Assembly: GCA_963662455.3 (NCBI GenBank)
Contig: OZ224042.1
Span: 2,446,953 to 2,510,952 of the forward strand
DNA from: Acidimicrobiales bacterium
GTDB taxonomy: Bacteria > Actinomycetota > Acidimicrobiia > Acidimicrobiales > Aldehydirespiratoraceae
DNA length: 64,000 bases
Direction: 5' to 3'
Below, piece after piece: positions 1-9,881 of this stretch (the stretch's first letter is position 1; every line of letters begins with the position of its first letter). The position numbers were made by a program, and so were the translations under genes. Under the pieces are notes generated by a model, which had not been told where the DNA came from, ran no database searches, and was given only the letters and a program-made list of their open reading frames with translations.

Positions 1-1149
1 GACAACATTAGTATCAGGCTTCGGCGCTTGATCCCAACTAATCCGATGAGTCACACTGTCTCGTGAAACCACCAACTCGATGCGGGTGTCTTCCCTGAGG
101 CCTCCATCGTCGTCGCGGGCGCGCGGTACATTGTTGAATCGATCAAACGTGCTCCTGGAAATGCTGTTTTCGTCGAGTCGGTCCAGGTCGGCCTCGCGTC
201 TAGCGGCGAGTCGCATACAGTTCAGAACAGTCGACTTGCCAGTCCCGCGACCGCCGACGAGCACGTTGAGCCACGGGCTGAATTCAAGCTTGACAGGTTC
301 TCCGTTCCCCATCAACCGGGCTTTGGAAATAGAGATCGCTTTCACATGATGCTTGGGCAAGGATTGGTCGGGTTGATCCGGGTCGTCACTCCGCCGAACA
401 GAGAACCCTCTGCCGTCAAGCAGCGCCAAGCGTAGACCCTCAATGGACGGCCGTTCCATCTTTATCCATGTGTAGCGGGACCCCGGCACGTTAACGGTTC
501 CTCCGGCGAGACCATGCGTATCCGAGCCGAGCACTTCTGCCCAGTGCGGCGCGTGCTGGTGGACGAGGTCTGGTTTCGCTTCGTTTGGGTCCACGACTTC
601 GACAGCGAACACGGAATTAGCGGTCAGCACTGACTTCAGCGTGTTTCCCGGCATCTCCCACAGGCCGCGGGCTTGGTCAACGTGGGCAGGGATTGCAATT
701 CCCCCGTGTTCGCTGACTACTTTCGCGATCTGGGCCACCGAGCTGTCGAGGGCTTGATCGCTCTCGCCTGGAACTCCTCGGAACCCTGTCGCGCCCAATA
801 GTCGGTCGACGTCGCTTGACGCCTTGCTCGGATCAAGGAGAGCGAGCACATGTGTACCGCCGTTCGCGGTGATTTCGACGCCAGGAAAAAGGTGAAGTCG
901 CCGGAAGTCAGGGTGCCCTTCCTCTTCGATCCGGACCAGTGCCGACTTGAGCCCGTCCACCCAAGCGCCGGTGTTGTGATCTGTGACGGCGACGCAATCA
1001 ATGCCGACTCGCATGAATCCCAGCAGCCACTCGTCGTGTCTCACCTCGTTGTTCCGATAGTCGCACGAAGCCGGCGTGTGTGTGTGAAAGTCAAACCTCC
1101 ACCAGCGTGCGCCGGGGTAGTCCCAAGTATCGATGTCGACGGCGACCAT
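1..1149 (-). CDS. PHP-domain phosphoesterase fused to a P-loop (ABC/SMC-like) ATPase; C-terminus lies beyond the window edge
   Basis: Absent from the supplied ORF track because it is open to the edge. Read by hand on the minus strand from ATG at 1149, it gives 383 codons with no stop. The N-terminus (WWRFDFHTHTPASCDY, VAVTDHN, GVEIT, PAHVD, GSDTHG) shows the PHP metal-ligand pattern. Near nt 270-230, LNVLVGGRGTGKST is a Walker A motif. Confidence 0.7.
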   Translation of the reverse strand, partial: MVAVDIDTWDYPGARWWRFDFHTHTPASCDYRNNEVRHDEWLLGFMRVGIDCVAVTDHNTGAWVDGLKSALVRIEEEGHPDFRRLHLFPGVEITANGGTHVLALLDPSKASSDVDRLLGATGFRGVPGESDQALDSSVAQIAKVVSEHGGIAIPAHVDQARGLWEMPGNTLKSVLTANSVFAVEVVDPNEAKPDLVHQHAPHWAEVLGSDTHGLAGGTVNVPGSRYTWIKMERPSIEGLRLALLDGRGFSVRRSDDPDQPDQSLPKHHVKAISISKARLMGNGEPVKLEFSPWLNVLVGGRGTGKSTVLNCMRLAARREADLDRLDENSISRSTFDRFNNVPRARDDDGGLREDTRIELVVSRDSVTHRISWDQAPKPDTNVV

Positions 1150-1188
1150 GAGTCCACACTACTCGCAACGGTCCGCTCCGAGCGCCCC

Positions 1189-2745
1189 CTACAGAGGCAC
1201 GTTGCCGTGCTTGCGCTCCGGCAACTCCTCACGTTTCGACTCGAGCAACTGGAACCCCGCCACGACCTTCTGCCGGGTCTGCGCCGGCTCGATCACGTCG
1301 TCCACATAGCCGCGCTCCGCGGCAACATAGGGATTCGCCAGACGGTCGGTGTAATCGTCGATCAGCTCGGTCCGGCGCGAATCCACATCGGCCGCCTCTG
1401 CCAGTTCGCGTCGGTAGAGGATCTCCACCGCGCCCTGCGGACCCATCACCGCGAGCTCGGCGGTGGGCCAGGCGAACGACAGGTCTGAACCGACCGACTT
1501 CGAGTCCATCACCACATAGGCGCCGCCGTAGGCCTTGCGGGTGATGACCTGGATGCGCGGCACGGTCGCCTCGCAGTAGGCGTACAGGAGTTTCGCTCCG
1601 TGTCGGATGATGCCCCCGTACTCCTGGTCGACGCCGGGCAAAAAGCCGGGTACGTCCACAAGGGTCAGCAGGGGGATGTTGAAGGCGTCGCAGGTGCGGA
1701 CGAAGCGGGCGGCCTTCTCCGACGAGTCGATGTCGAGCACCCCGGCCAACATCATCGGCTGGTTGCCGACGACACCGACGGACCGTCCGTCCACACGGGC
1801 GAAACCGCAGGTGATGCTGCGGCCCCAACTGGCGTGGTACTCCATGAAGTCGCCGTCGTCGACCACCGCTGCGATGACCTGCTTCATGTCGTAGGGCACG
1901 TTGGAGCTGTCCGGCAGGATCGCGTCGAGTTCGGGGCAGAGGCGGTCAGGGTCGTCGCTGGACTCGACTCGGGGCGCCTGATCGAGATTGTTGGACGGCA
2001 GGAAGCTCAACAGGTCTTTGACCTCGTCGAGCACCTGCTCCTCGGAGTCGGCGACGAACGTGGCGACCCCCGACTTGCTGCTGTGACTGCCCGCTCCGCC
2101 GAGTTCCTCGAGCGACACCTCCTCGCCGGTGACCGTCTTCACGACGTCGGGACCGGTGATGAACATGTGCGACTTCTCGCGCACCATGAAAATGAAGTCG
2201 GTCATGGCCGGGCTGTACACCGCGCCTCCTGCGCAGGGGCCGAGGATCACCGAGATCTGCGGGATGACCCCCGAGGCTTGGACGTTGCGGAAGAAGATGC
2301 CGCCGTAGCCGTCGAGCGATACGACGCCCTCCTGGATGCGGGCGCCGGCGCCGTCGTTGAGCCCGATCATCGGCGCTCCAGTGGCCAACGCCAGATCCAT
2401 AACCTTGTGGAGCTTCTCCGCGAAGACTTCGCCGAGCGCACCACCCATGACTGTGAAGTCCTGCGAGAACACGAACACTTTGCGCCCGTCGACGGTTCCC
2501 CAGCCGGTTATGACCCCGTCGGTGTAGGGGCGCTCCGCCAGTCCGGCTTCGTGCGCCCTGTGACGGGCCAGCATGTCGAGTTCGTTGAACGAGCCCTCGT
2601 CGAGCAGGTAGTCGATCCGCTCCCGGGCCAGCATCTTGCCTTTATCGTGCTGGCGCGCAACGGAACGCTCGGAGCCTGCACTCAACGCTTGGTCCTTGCG
2701 TTCACGAAGATCGTCGAGTTTGGCGTTCATTGACTGATCAACCAC
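1189..2745 (-). CDS. pccB: acyl-CoA (propionyl-CoA) carboxylase carboxyltransferase beta subunit
   Basis: 518-aa ORF with full-length resemblance to PccB/AccD5. Motifs: [70 protein letters not shown]. Confidence 0.95.
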   Translation of the reverse strand: MVDQSMNAKLDDLRERKDQALSAGSERSVARQHDKGKMLARERIDYLLDEGSFNELDMLARHRAHEAGLAERPYTDGVITGWGTVDGRKVFVFSQDFTVMGGALGEVFAEKLHKVMDLALATGAPMIGLNDGAGARIQEGVVSLDGYGGIFFRNVQASGVIPQISVILGPCAGGAVYSPAMTDFIFMVREKSHMFITGPDVVKTVTGEEVSLEELGGAGSHSSKSGVATFVADSEEQVLDEVKDLLSFLPSNNLDQAPRVESSDDPDRLCPELDAILPDSSNVPYDMKQVIAAVVDDGDFMEYHASWGRSITCGFARVDGRSVGVVGNQPMMLAGVLDIDSSEKAARFVRTCDAFNIPLLTLVDVPGFLPGVDQEYGGIIRHGAKLLYAYCEATVPRIQVITRKAYGGAYVVMDSKSVGSDLSFAWPTAELAVMGPQGAVEILYRRELAEAADVDSRRTELIDDYTDRLANPYVAAERGYVDDVIEPAQTRQKVVAGFQLLESKREELPERKHGNVPL

Positions 2746-2843
2746 AGCCGCAATCTATCTGCCCGAAGCAGCCGCGACCGAACCCGACACGTTCATCGCA
2801 GCTGCGGATTCTAAGAATCGGCGTTTGCGGCCAGTCTGAGCGC

Positions 2844-3635
2844 TCAACTCGGCGGGCCGCCGACAACCGCGTCGAACACGGTTGCGGGGTCTGTCACCGC
2901 CGGGAAGGAGCGCAGGAGCCAGGTTGCTCCCTGGTCAGCGAACGACGGTGGTGTGCCGTCGAACTCGGTCCGCAGACAGACGTCGAACCCGTCGAGGCTG
3001 CCGCGCACCGCGACGACCTCGTCGAGTGCCCGACAGAGACTGTCGTGGTTCACTTCGATCGGGAACATCCCCTCGTAGCGGGCCGCGCGGCGTACCGGTC
3101 TCATCGCGGTGCCACGGGCCGCGCACCAGATCGGCGGACGGGGCCGCTGCACTGAACGAGGCTCAACCGACACGCCGTCCACGGTGAAATACTCGCCGAA
3201 ATGGACCACGAACTCTCCCTCCAACAGGCGGGCCACGATGCCGAGGCCCTCATCGAGGCGCCTGCCGCGGATCCGCGGATCGATCACCTCGTCGAATCGG
3301 GCCAACTCGCCGCCTGTGTCGGTGCCGGATCCCACACCGAGAGTCAAACGGCCCTCACTCAGCAGATCGACCGTCAGCACCTCCCGCACCAGCTTGATGG
3401 GACGACGACGCGGCACCGGTGTGACCATCGGACCAAGACGAAGCCGCCGTGTGGCCGTTGCCAGAGCCGCCAGAGCGACCCAGGTGTCGATGATCTCGTT
3501 GCTCTCGGGACGCAGTACATGGTCCCACACGTAGAGGCCGTCCCACCCCGACTCCTCCACCGCCCGACCGAGGTCCATCAGACGGTGGGGGTCGGCCAAC
3601 GGCCCGAAAGGCGCCACAAATATCCCGTGCTGCAC
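2844..3635 (-). CDS. LLM-class (luciferase-like) flavin/F420-dependent oxidoreductase
   Basis: 263 aa. WDGLYVWDH, LGPMVTPVPRRRP and LTLGVGSG are typical of luciferase-like monooxygenase family proteins. Confidence 0.8.
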   Translation of the reverse strand: MQHGIFVAPFGPLADPHRLMDLGRAVEESGWDGLYVWDHVLRPESNEIIDTWVALAALATATRRLRLGPMVTPVPRRRPIKLVREVLTVDLLSEGRLTLGVGSGTDTGGELARFDEVIDPRIRGRRLDEGLGIVARLLEGEFVVHFGEYFTVDGVSVEPRSVQRPRPPIWCAARGTAMRPVRRAARYEGMFPIEVNHDSLCRALDEVVAVRGSLDGFDVCLRTEFDGTPPSFADQGATWLLRSFPAVTDPATVFDAVVGGPPS

Positions 3636-3799
3636 GCCCCCGACAGTACGCGCTCATCGACTGAGGAGTGCAGACGGCTGAGAATCAAAGGCACTCAACC
3701 AGGATTGTCGCCGATCCGTCGTCGTCGAAAAACCATGACACCCTGTCGGCGGACGGTATGCCCGGCGCTCAAATACGGGTTGAACAGTAGGCTTGCCCG

Positions 3800-4381
3800 A
3801 TGCAGAAGTTTCAACGAGTGTGCGTGTTCTGCGCTTCATCTCCGGGAACTGACCCCGAGATCACCGATGCAACAATCGAACTGGGCGAGCTTCTCGTCGA
3901 GCGCGGCATCGAACTCGTCTACGGCGGCGGTGCGGTCGGGTTGATGGGTCTGATCGCCGACACGGTGATGTCACGCGGCGGGCGTGTCACCGGCATCATC
4001 CCCACCGACCTCTTCGACGACGAGGTCGGCCACGAGAGTCTCACTGCTCTCGAGAAGGTCGATTCGATGCATACCCGCAAAGCGCTGATGTACGAGTTGT
4101 CGGACGCCTTCATCGCCCTTCCGGGCGGCTTCGGCACCCTCGACGAACTTGCCGAGACTCTTACCTGGAACCAACTCGGCATCATGGCCAAGCCTGTCGG
4201 CGTTCTCAATGTCAACGGCTTCTGGACGCCTCTGCTCGACCAGTTCGACAAGATGGTCGACCGCACCATCCTCAAGCCGTCCAACCGCCGGACCCTACTG
4301 GCCGAGGACCGCCCTGTTGCGCTGCTCGACGCGCTCGCCAACCACGGCAACCCCAGCGACCCCAAGTGGATCCAAGCTTAA
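3800..4381 (+). CDS. LOG-family (TIGR00730) nucleotide 5'-monophosphate nucleosidase
   Basis: 193 aa. VCVFCASS, LVYGGGAVGLMG and the diagnostic PGGFGTLDEL motif. Confidence 0.9.
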   Translation: MQKFQRVCVFCASSPGTDPEITDATIELGELLVERGIELVYGGGAVGLMGLIADTVMSRGGRVTGIIPTDLFDDEVGHESLTALEKVDSMHTRKALMYELSDAFIALPGGFGTLDELAETLTWNQLGIMAKPVGVLNVNGFWTPLLDQFDKMVDRTILKPSNRRTLLAEDRPVALLDALANHGNPSDPKWIQA

Positions 4382-4414
4382 CGAGTTCGGCGTACTGAGA
4401 AAACTGGCGACGCG

Positions 4415-7186
4415 TCAGGGAGTGGCGCCCTGGATCGACAGAGTGAAGCCTGGAACCGCGTTCGGCACGAATCGGAACGTCGTCGCCTCGATCGTGTAGG
4501 TGCCAGGCGCCAGCGTTGCCCTGATCCGCGAATTGTTGCCTCTGCCGCCATCGTCGTCGTGATGCAGATAGGGGCCGCTCCGTGCGTCGCTGCCGCGGCG
4601 CAGATACAGAAATGGGTCGTAGCCGGCTTCAAGATCGATCGTCACGAACCTGGGGTTCGGACCCTGCACAGTGAAGGTGAAGAACCGCGCATAAGTGCCA
4701 AGGAATGCCCGCTCAGACGACCAGCAGTCCGGGCCCCATTCGCCCGACACGGTGCCGCCGCCGGCCAGGTCGGACCCGCAGGTCACCGACACAGGATCGG
4801 GGGTTGCCGACCCCGCCCGCGGAGGCGCAGCAGCGGCACCGGCGCCCGACAGCTCCAGCGTGAAGCTGCCTGTTCGGTCCCGCAGGTCCGTCGTCGCCTC
4901 GATCGTGTAGGTGCCAGGCGCCAGCGTGGTGACGATCCTCGCATCGCTGGAAGCACCGCCGCTGTCATCGCTGCTCAGCTGATCCCCCAACCGCACATCG
5001 TCGCCGCGCCGCAAGATCAAGTAGGTGTCCACCGTGGGGATGGAGTACGCATCAAGTTCGGAACGCAGGTTGATCTCCACCTGAGCACGAGACGCCATCG
5101 TGAAGGTGTAATAGCGCGCGTTCCTGCCTGGCCGCGTCGTCGAGACGCATTGGTTGCCCGACCATTGTCCAGCGACCAGCGTGTCGCCGCTGAGCACGAC
5201 GCTGCACGTTCCTGGGTCGCTGTGGGGACTCAGCGCCGTGCCGGTCCTCAGCTCCACGGTGAATTCGCCTCCTAGATTCGGCGAGATCGTCGTGGCCTCG
5301 ATCGTGTAGGTGCCCGCTCGGAGTGTCTCGAGGATCCGAGAGTTCGGGCCGTGGCCTCGTCCGTACGCCCGACGGGACCAATATCCGCTCCTCTCATCAT
5401 CGCCGTCACGCAGATACAGATAGGTATGGACATCGGACCGAAGGTCGATCGCTACGCGTTCCTCGGCGGCCAGCGTGAAGGTGTAGAAGCGCGCTCGGCT
5501 GCCCGCACGCACCGACGAGATGCACTCGGAAACCCACTGGCCCGTGACCACACCGTCCCCGCCGAGCGTCGCGCCGCAGCCGTCGGCACTCGGCACCGGA
5601 TCAGCCGTCACCGGATCGGTCACCGGCACCGGATCAGTCACCGGACCTGGCGTCACGATGGCCGTGACGAGTCCCGACACCTCCAGTTCGAAGTCGCCGG
5701 TTCGCCCTTGGTAAAACGTCGTCGCCTCGATCGTGTAGCTGCCCGCCTCCAGCCGATCCCACAGCCGCGAGTTCGTGCCCGAACCGCCGTCGTCATCACG
5801 GCGCAACACCGGCCCGGACCTCACGTCGCTCCCGCTGCGTAGAAACAGATAGGTGTCCACCGTCGAACTCAGAGCGAACTCCGCCCGCCGCGCCGGCTGC
5901 GACAGCGTAAAGGTGTAAAAGCGTGCTCGACGGCCCGGACGCACCGACGAGTCACAACCGGACGCCCACTCGCCCGTAACCACACCGTCCCCGCCGAGCG
6001 TCGCGCCGCAGCCGTCGGCACTCGGCACCGGATCAGGGGTCACCGGATCGGTCGTCGGCACCGGATCAGGCGTCACCGGATCGGTCGTCGGCACCGGATC
6101 AGGCGTCACCGGATCGGTCGTCGGCACCGGATCAGGCGTCACCGGATCGGTCGTCGGCACCGGATCAGGGGTCACCGGATCGGTCGTCGGCACCGGATCA
6201 GGCGTCACCGGATCGGTCACCGGCACCGGATCAGGCGTCACGACGGCGGCGCCCAGACCTGAGACCCGCAGCTCGAACGCACCGGGTCGTCCCGCTGCGA
6301 ACGTCGTCGCCTCGATGGTGTAGCTGCCCGCCTCCAGCAGATCGCGAAGCCGCGAGTTCGTGCCCGAACCGCCGTCGTCATCATGGCGCAACACCTCACC
6401 GGAGCGCACGTCGCTTCCGCGACGCAGATACAGATAGGTGTCCACCGTCGAGCTCAGACCGAAGTCCACCTGCGTCGCAGCCGCCAGCGTGAACGCATAG
6501 AAGCGCGCAAAGCTGCCCGAACGCACCGTCGAATCACAACCGGACGCCCACTCGCCGGTGACCACACCGTCCCCGCCGAGCGTCGCGCCACAACCGTCGT
6601 CATTCGGCGCCGGCTCGGGATCGCTCACCTGCACCGGCTGGGGCCGTGCAGTGGCTGTGTCGAGACCCGACGCCTCGAGTTCGAAGGCGCCCGTGCGATT
6701 CGAGCTATACGTCGTCGCTTCGATGGTGTAGGTGCCCGGCGCCAACTCGTCAGCGATTCGGGAGTTCGTGCCCGATCCGGAATCGTCGTCGTAGGCGACC
6801 CTCGGGCCCGAGCGGACGTCATCGCCAGACCGCAGGTACAGATAGGTGTCCTGCTCCGAGCGAAGATCGATCTCCACATCAGCTTGTGCGGGCAATGCGA
6901 ACGTATAGAACCGAGCAAAGCTGTCTTGGCGCTGTGTCGACGCACACCCCGCGGCCCACGATCCCGACACCGTGCCATCGCCGGTGAGCACAATCGTGCA
7001 CCCGTCGCCTGATCCCTCGGTTGCGGCGGCCGGCGCAGCCGAAGCCATGGCAGCCACGAGCACTGCGACCGAGAGCGCAGCGCCAATGCGATGCGCTATG
7101 CGACGACTCCTCGAGGTGGAAGCAGAGACCGACCACGGAACCCGTTCGCCGCGGCCGGATGCTTCACATTCGCGCACATGACTCAT
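4415..7186 (-). CDS. secreted protein built from six PPC (pre-peptidase C-terminal)-like ~110-aa domains joined by Pro/Thr/Asp linkers
   Basis: 923 aa with an N-terminal signal-like segment (AALSVAVLVAAMASAAPAAA). A unit recurs six times: C..L..DG.V.G.W...C.S....ARFYTF.L......DTYLYLR.G.DVRSG......DDD.G.G.NSR....L..G.YTIEATT.....G.F.L. No catalytic domain is visible. Confidence 0.8.
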   Translation of the reverse strand: MSHVRECEASGRGERVPWSVSASTSRSRRIAHRIGAALSVAVLVAAMASAAPAAATEGSGDGCTIVLTGDGTVSGSWAAGCASTQRQDSFARFYTFALPAQADVEIDLRSEQDTYLYLRSGDDVRSGPRVAYDDDSGSGTNSRIADELAPGTYTIEATTYSSNRTGAFELEASGLDTATARPQPVQVSDPEPAPNDDGCGATLGGDGVVTGEWASGCDSTVRSGSFARFYAFTLAAATQVDFGLSSTVDTYLYLRRGSDVRSGEVLRHDDDGGSGTNSRLRDLLEAGSYTIEATTFAAGRPGAFELRVSGLGAAVVTPDPVPVTDPVTPDPVPTTDPVTPDPVPTTDPVTPDPVPTTDPVTPDPVPTTDPVTPDPVPTTDPVTPDPVPSADGCGATLGGDGVVTGEWASGCDSSVRPGRRARFYTFTLSQPARRAEFALSSTVDTYLFLRSGSDVRSGPVLRRDDDGGSGTNSRLWDRLEAGSYTIEATTFYQGRTGDFELEVSGLVTAIVTPGPVTDPVPVTDPVTADPVPSADGCGATLGGDGVVTGQWVSECISSVRAGSRARFYTFTLAAEERVAIDLRSDVHTYLYLRDGDDERSGYWSRRAYGRGHGPNSRILETLRAGTYTIEATTISPNLGGEFTVELRTGTALSPHSDPGTCSVVLSGDTLVAGQWSGNQCVSTTRPGRNARYYTFTMASRAQVEINLRSELDAYSIPTVDTYLILRRGDDVRLGDQLSSDDSGGASSDARIVTTLAPGTYTIEATTDLRDRTGSFTLELSGAGAAAAPPRAGSATPDPVSVTCGSDLAGGGTVSGEWGPDCWSSERAFLGTYARFFTFTVQGPNPRFVTIDLEAGYDPFLYLRRGSDARSGPYLHHDDDGGRGNNSRIRATLAPGTYTIEATTFRFVPNAVPGFTLSIQGATP
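6024..6240. repeat. 33-bp in-frame tandem repeat, ~6.5 copies, encoding (PVTPDPVPTTD)n
   Basis: The unit ggcaccggatcagg(g/c)gtcaccggatcggtcgtc starts at 6024, 6057, 6090, 6123, 6156 and 6189, with a partial copy at 6222. It lies inside the PPC-repeat CDS. Confidence 0.9.
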
Positions 7187-7347
7187 AGAAAATACCTCCG
7201 CGCACGCAGCGCTTAGTCGTTTGGCAGCCGACTGAAGACACTACGATCGGCGCACCGAGGGTACATGATATTATCTGGGTGTACAACACAATCGACTCGC
7301 TGCATCGCCTATTGCGGCAAGTCCGCGCCGCTGGCTTCTCTCGAACT

Positions 7348-7366
7348 CCATGAGCCTTGCTCATGG
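7348..7366 (-). terminator. possible intrinsic terminator hairpin downstream of the epoxide hydrolase gene
   Basis: Perfect 8-bp stem with a 3-nt loop (CCATGAGC-CTT-GCTCATGG), ~70 nt past the stop at 7438. No U-tract follows, so the assignment is weak. Confidence 0.3.
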
Positions 7367-7437
7367 CCTGCAGCCCGAGACGTGCTCATGGCCAGGCCGA
7401 CGATGCTGACCGGTACGGGCGCATAAAGCGCCGCGCT

Positions 7438-8574
7438 CTACAGGACGCTGAATGCGGCGCGCATCTCGGAGACGAACAGGGATGGTTGTTCCCACGCGGC
7501 GAAATGGCCGCCGACTTCAAGCTCGTTCCAGTAGCCGATGTTGGCGTAGCGCTTGTCGGCCCAACGCCTGCTGGCGCGGATGATCTCCTTGGGGAAGATA
7601 CTGCACCCGGTGGGGACTTCAACGCCGTCATCGCCGAACTGGGCGAAGCTCTCCCAGTACAGTCGGGCCGACGAAGCACCGGTGGCGGTGAACCAGTAGA
7701 TCGAGATGTTGTCGAGCATCTGATCAAAGGAGAGGGCGCTGGCGGGGTCGCCGTCGTTGTCGGTCCAGGCCCACATCTTCTCGGCGATCCAACCGCACTG
7801 GCCGGCGGGGGAATCGACCAGTCCGTATCCGAGACTCTGGGGTCGGGTCGACTGCTGTTTGGAGTATCCGGAGTCCCAGCGGTCGTAGTGGCCCAGCGCC
7901 TCCAGCGCCGCCTGCTCCTGTGCGGTCGGGTCGGCCAGCGATTCCGGCGTGGGTCCCGCTACCGGCATGTTGGTGTGGATGGCCCGGACGCTGCCGAGAT
8001 TCTGTGACCCGATCGTGGTGGTGACCGCACTGCCCCAGTCGCCTCCCTGAGCGACGTAGGACTCGTATCCGAGTCGGACCATCAAGGTGTTCCAAGCCGT
8101 GGCTATCCACGGCACGCCCATCCCGGGGCTCGACGGTTTGGCACTCCAGCCGTAGCCGGGAAGCGACGGGATGACCAGATGGAATGCGTCTGCGGCTGTG
8201 CCGCCGTGGTTGGTCGGATCAGTGAGCGGCTTGATGACGGCCATGAACTCTGCCACCGACCCCGGCCAGCCGTGCGTTAGGACCATCGGGGTGGCGTCGT
8301 CGTGGGGCGAGCGCACATGAAGGAAATGGACGTCCAGCCCGTCGATCTCGGTCAGGGCGTTGTCATAGGAGTTGATCTCGCTCTCGAAGCGTCGCCAGTC
8401 GTACTCGGTCGCCCAGTATTCGCACAGCGTCTGCGTGTAGGTGAGGGGAATGCCCTGCGACCAGTCATCCACGGTCTCGGCTTCTGGCCAGCGGGTGCGT
8501 GCCAGGCGCTCGCGCAGATCGTCGATTGCTGCGTCGGGTATGTCGATGGTGAAGGGCCTGATGTCGTCGCTCAT
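7438..8574 (-). CDS. epoxide hydrolase (alpha/beta hydrolase with N-terminal epoxide-hydrolase domain)
   Basis: 378 aa. PFTIDIPDAAIDDLRERLARTRWP, VHFLHVRSP...PMVLTHGWPGS, GGDWGS. Confidence 0.9.
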   Translation of the reverse strand: MSDDIRPFTIDIPDAAIDDLRERLARTRWPEAETVDDWSQGIPLTYTQTLCEYWATEYDWRRFESEINSYDNALTEIDGLDVHFLHVRSPHDDATPMVLTHGWPGSVAEFMAVIKPLTDPTNHGGTAADAFHLVIPSLPGYGWSAKPSSPGMGVPWIATAWNTLMVRLGYESYVAQGGDWGSAVTTTIGSQNLGSVRAIHTNMPVAGPTPESLADPTAQEQAALEALGHYDRWDSGYSKQQSTRPQSLGYGLVDSPAGQCGWIAEKMWAWTDNDGDPASALSFDQMLDNISIYWFTATGASSARLYWESFAQFGDDGVEVPTGCSIFPKEIIRASRRWADKRYANIGYWNELEVGGHFAAWEQPSLFVSEMRAAFSVL

Positions 8575-8619
8575 ATCCGCATCGTGCTAGGTACGGCCGC
8601 CGACAGCAAACCGACGTAA

Positions 8620-8769
8620 GAGGCCGAGCGGAGTGATCCCGCACACGGTCGTGACTGAACGAGGCCGTGGCCCGGGCGGCCCGTGGCCCGAGCGGCCCGT
8701 GAGCGCAGCGAACAAGAGCGGGAGACAACAGGTCTCGACGCATCCACGATGCGCAATCCGCGGACGTTC
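8620..8769 (-). repeat. dispersed intergenic repeat, copy A (reverse orientation relative to copies B and C; carries an internal 12-bp duplication)
   Basis: Its reverse complement aligns along its length with 43321-43456 and 63015-63147. Shared core: gtctcccgctcttgttcgctgcgctcacgggccgctcgggccacggcctcgttc...ggccgtgtgcgggrtca.tccgctcggcc. Confidence 0.85.
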
Positions 8770-8783
8770 TACGCTCAGAACTC

Positions 8784-9860
8784 ATGGACCTGCCTGTCAC
8801 GCCGCCGGTGAAACCGATGTTGGCCAAGGCGATCAACGGGATACCCGACGGAGGCGACTTCGCCTTCGAACCCAAATGGGACGGCTTTCGCTGCATCGTT
8901 TTTCGTGATCGTGACGAGGTCTACCTAGGTTCGCGCAATGAAAAGCCGTTGACCCGCTACTTCCCTGAACTCCTTGAACCGATGCGAGAGTTTTTGCCTC
9001 AGCGCTGCGTTGTAGACGGGGAGATCATCGTGACCGTAGACGACCATCTTGGTTTCGATGCTCTTCAACAGCGGATTCATCCCGCTGTTTCACGGGTGGA
9101 GCGTCTCTCGCTGGAAACCCCCGCCGAGTTCGTGGCGTTCGACGTGCTTGCCGTCAACGACACGGCGTTGACCGACGAGCCGTTCCGGGATCGCCGCAGG
9201 ATCCTCGAAACGATCTCGTCGGGGTTCGCACCGCCGATTCATCTGGTTCCCTCCACGCTAGACCTCCAAATTGCTCGAGAGTGGTACCAGCGCTTCGAGG
9301 GCGCCGGACTCGACGGGCTGATCGCCAAGCCCCGCGACGGAACGTACCTGCCCAACAAACGGGCCCAGTACAAGGTCAAACACACTCGCACCGCCGATGT
9401 GGTCGTTGCCGGGTACCGGATGCACAAAGACGGCAACGGTGTGGGTTCGCTGCTCGTCGGTCTGCACGACGGGGACCGACGACTCCACCACATGGGCGTC
9501 GCCTCCAGTTTCAAGGCCGGCCTGCGCGCCGAACTCGTAGACACTCTGGCTCCCAACATCATCGAGGATTTCGCAGACCATCCCTGGTCGGAGTGGATGG
9601 ATCCGCAAGCCCACCAGGGGGGCCTCATGCCGGGCGCCCCTTCACGTTGGAGCAGCGGGAAACCGTCCCAGGACTGGACACCGCTTGACTGTCAGTTGGT
9701 GGCAGAGGTCAAGTACGAGGCTGTGCTCAACGGCAGGTTCCGGGGCACTACCCGTTTCGTGCGTTGGCGGCCGGACCGTGAGGCCGCGTCCTGCGGTTAC
9801 AGCCAACTCGTGCAGGCGACCCCGATGGGTATCAGCAAGGTGCTGAACGCCGAGGGCTGA
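8784..9860 (+). CDS. ATP-dependent DNA ligase (LigC-like, adenylation + OB domains)
   Basis: 358 aa. FEPKWDGFRC holds the KxDG adenylation lysine motif. Also DGEIIV, FDVLA, GLDGLIAKP, KVKHTRTADVVV. Confidence 0.9.
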   Translation: MDLPVTPPVKPMLAKAINGIPDGGDFAFEPKWDGFRCIVFRDRDEVYLGSRNEKPLTRYFPELLEPMREFLPQRCVVDGEIIVTVDDHLGFDALQQRIHPAVSRVERLSLETPAEFVAFDVLAVNDTALTDEPFRDRRRILETISSGFAPPIHLVPSTLDLQIAREWYQRFEGAGLDGLIAKPRDGTYLPNKRAQYKVKHTRTADVVVAGYRMHKDGNGVGSLLVGLHDGDRRLHHMGVASSFKAGLRAELVDTLAPNIIEDFADHPWSEWMDPQAHQGGLMPGAPSRWSSGKPSQDWTPLDCQLVAEVKYEAVLNGRFRGTTRFVRWRPDREAASCGYSQLVQATPMGISKVLNAEG

Positions 9861-9881
9861 CCAGCCATTACCGAACTCCTC

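Noticed and set aside
850-1488. 212-aa plus-strand ORF (and 717-1001 minus) over the left end
   Set aside because: It lies antisense or out of frame to the PHP-ATPase frame, which has clear motifs. Its composition is Arg/Val/Leu-rich, typical of shadow ORFs in high-GC DNA.
1600-2733. 377-aa plus-strand ORF
   Set aside because: Fully antisense to the unambiguous pccB gene. Shadow ORF.
6024-6240. Regularly spaced repeats that could be mistaken for a CRISPR array (also 53640-53981)
   Set aside because: The units are contiguous, with no unique spacers. They are in frame inside long CDSs and encode peptide repeats. No cas genes are present in the window.
4559-7012. Several 100-240-aa plus-strand ORFs (4559-5275, 5351-5842, 6383-7012)
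   Set aside because: All are antisense to the 923-aa PPC-repeat gene. They are Arg-rich with no motifs.
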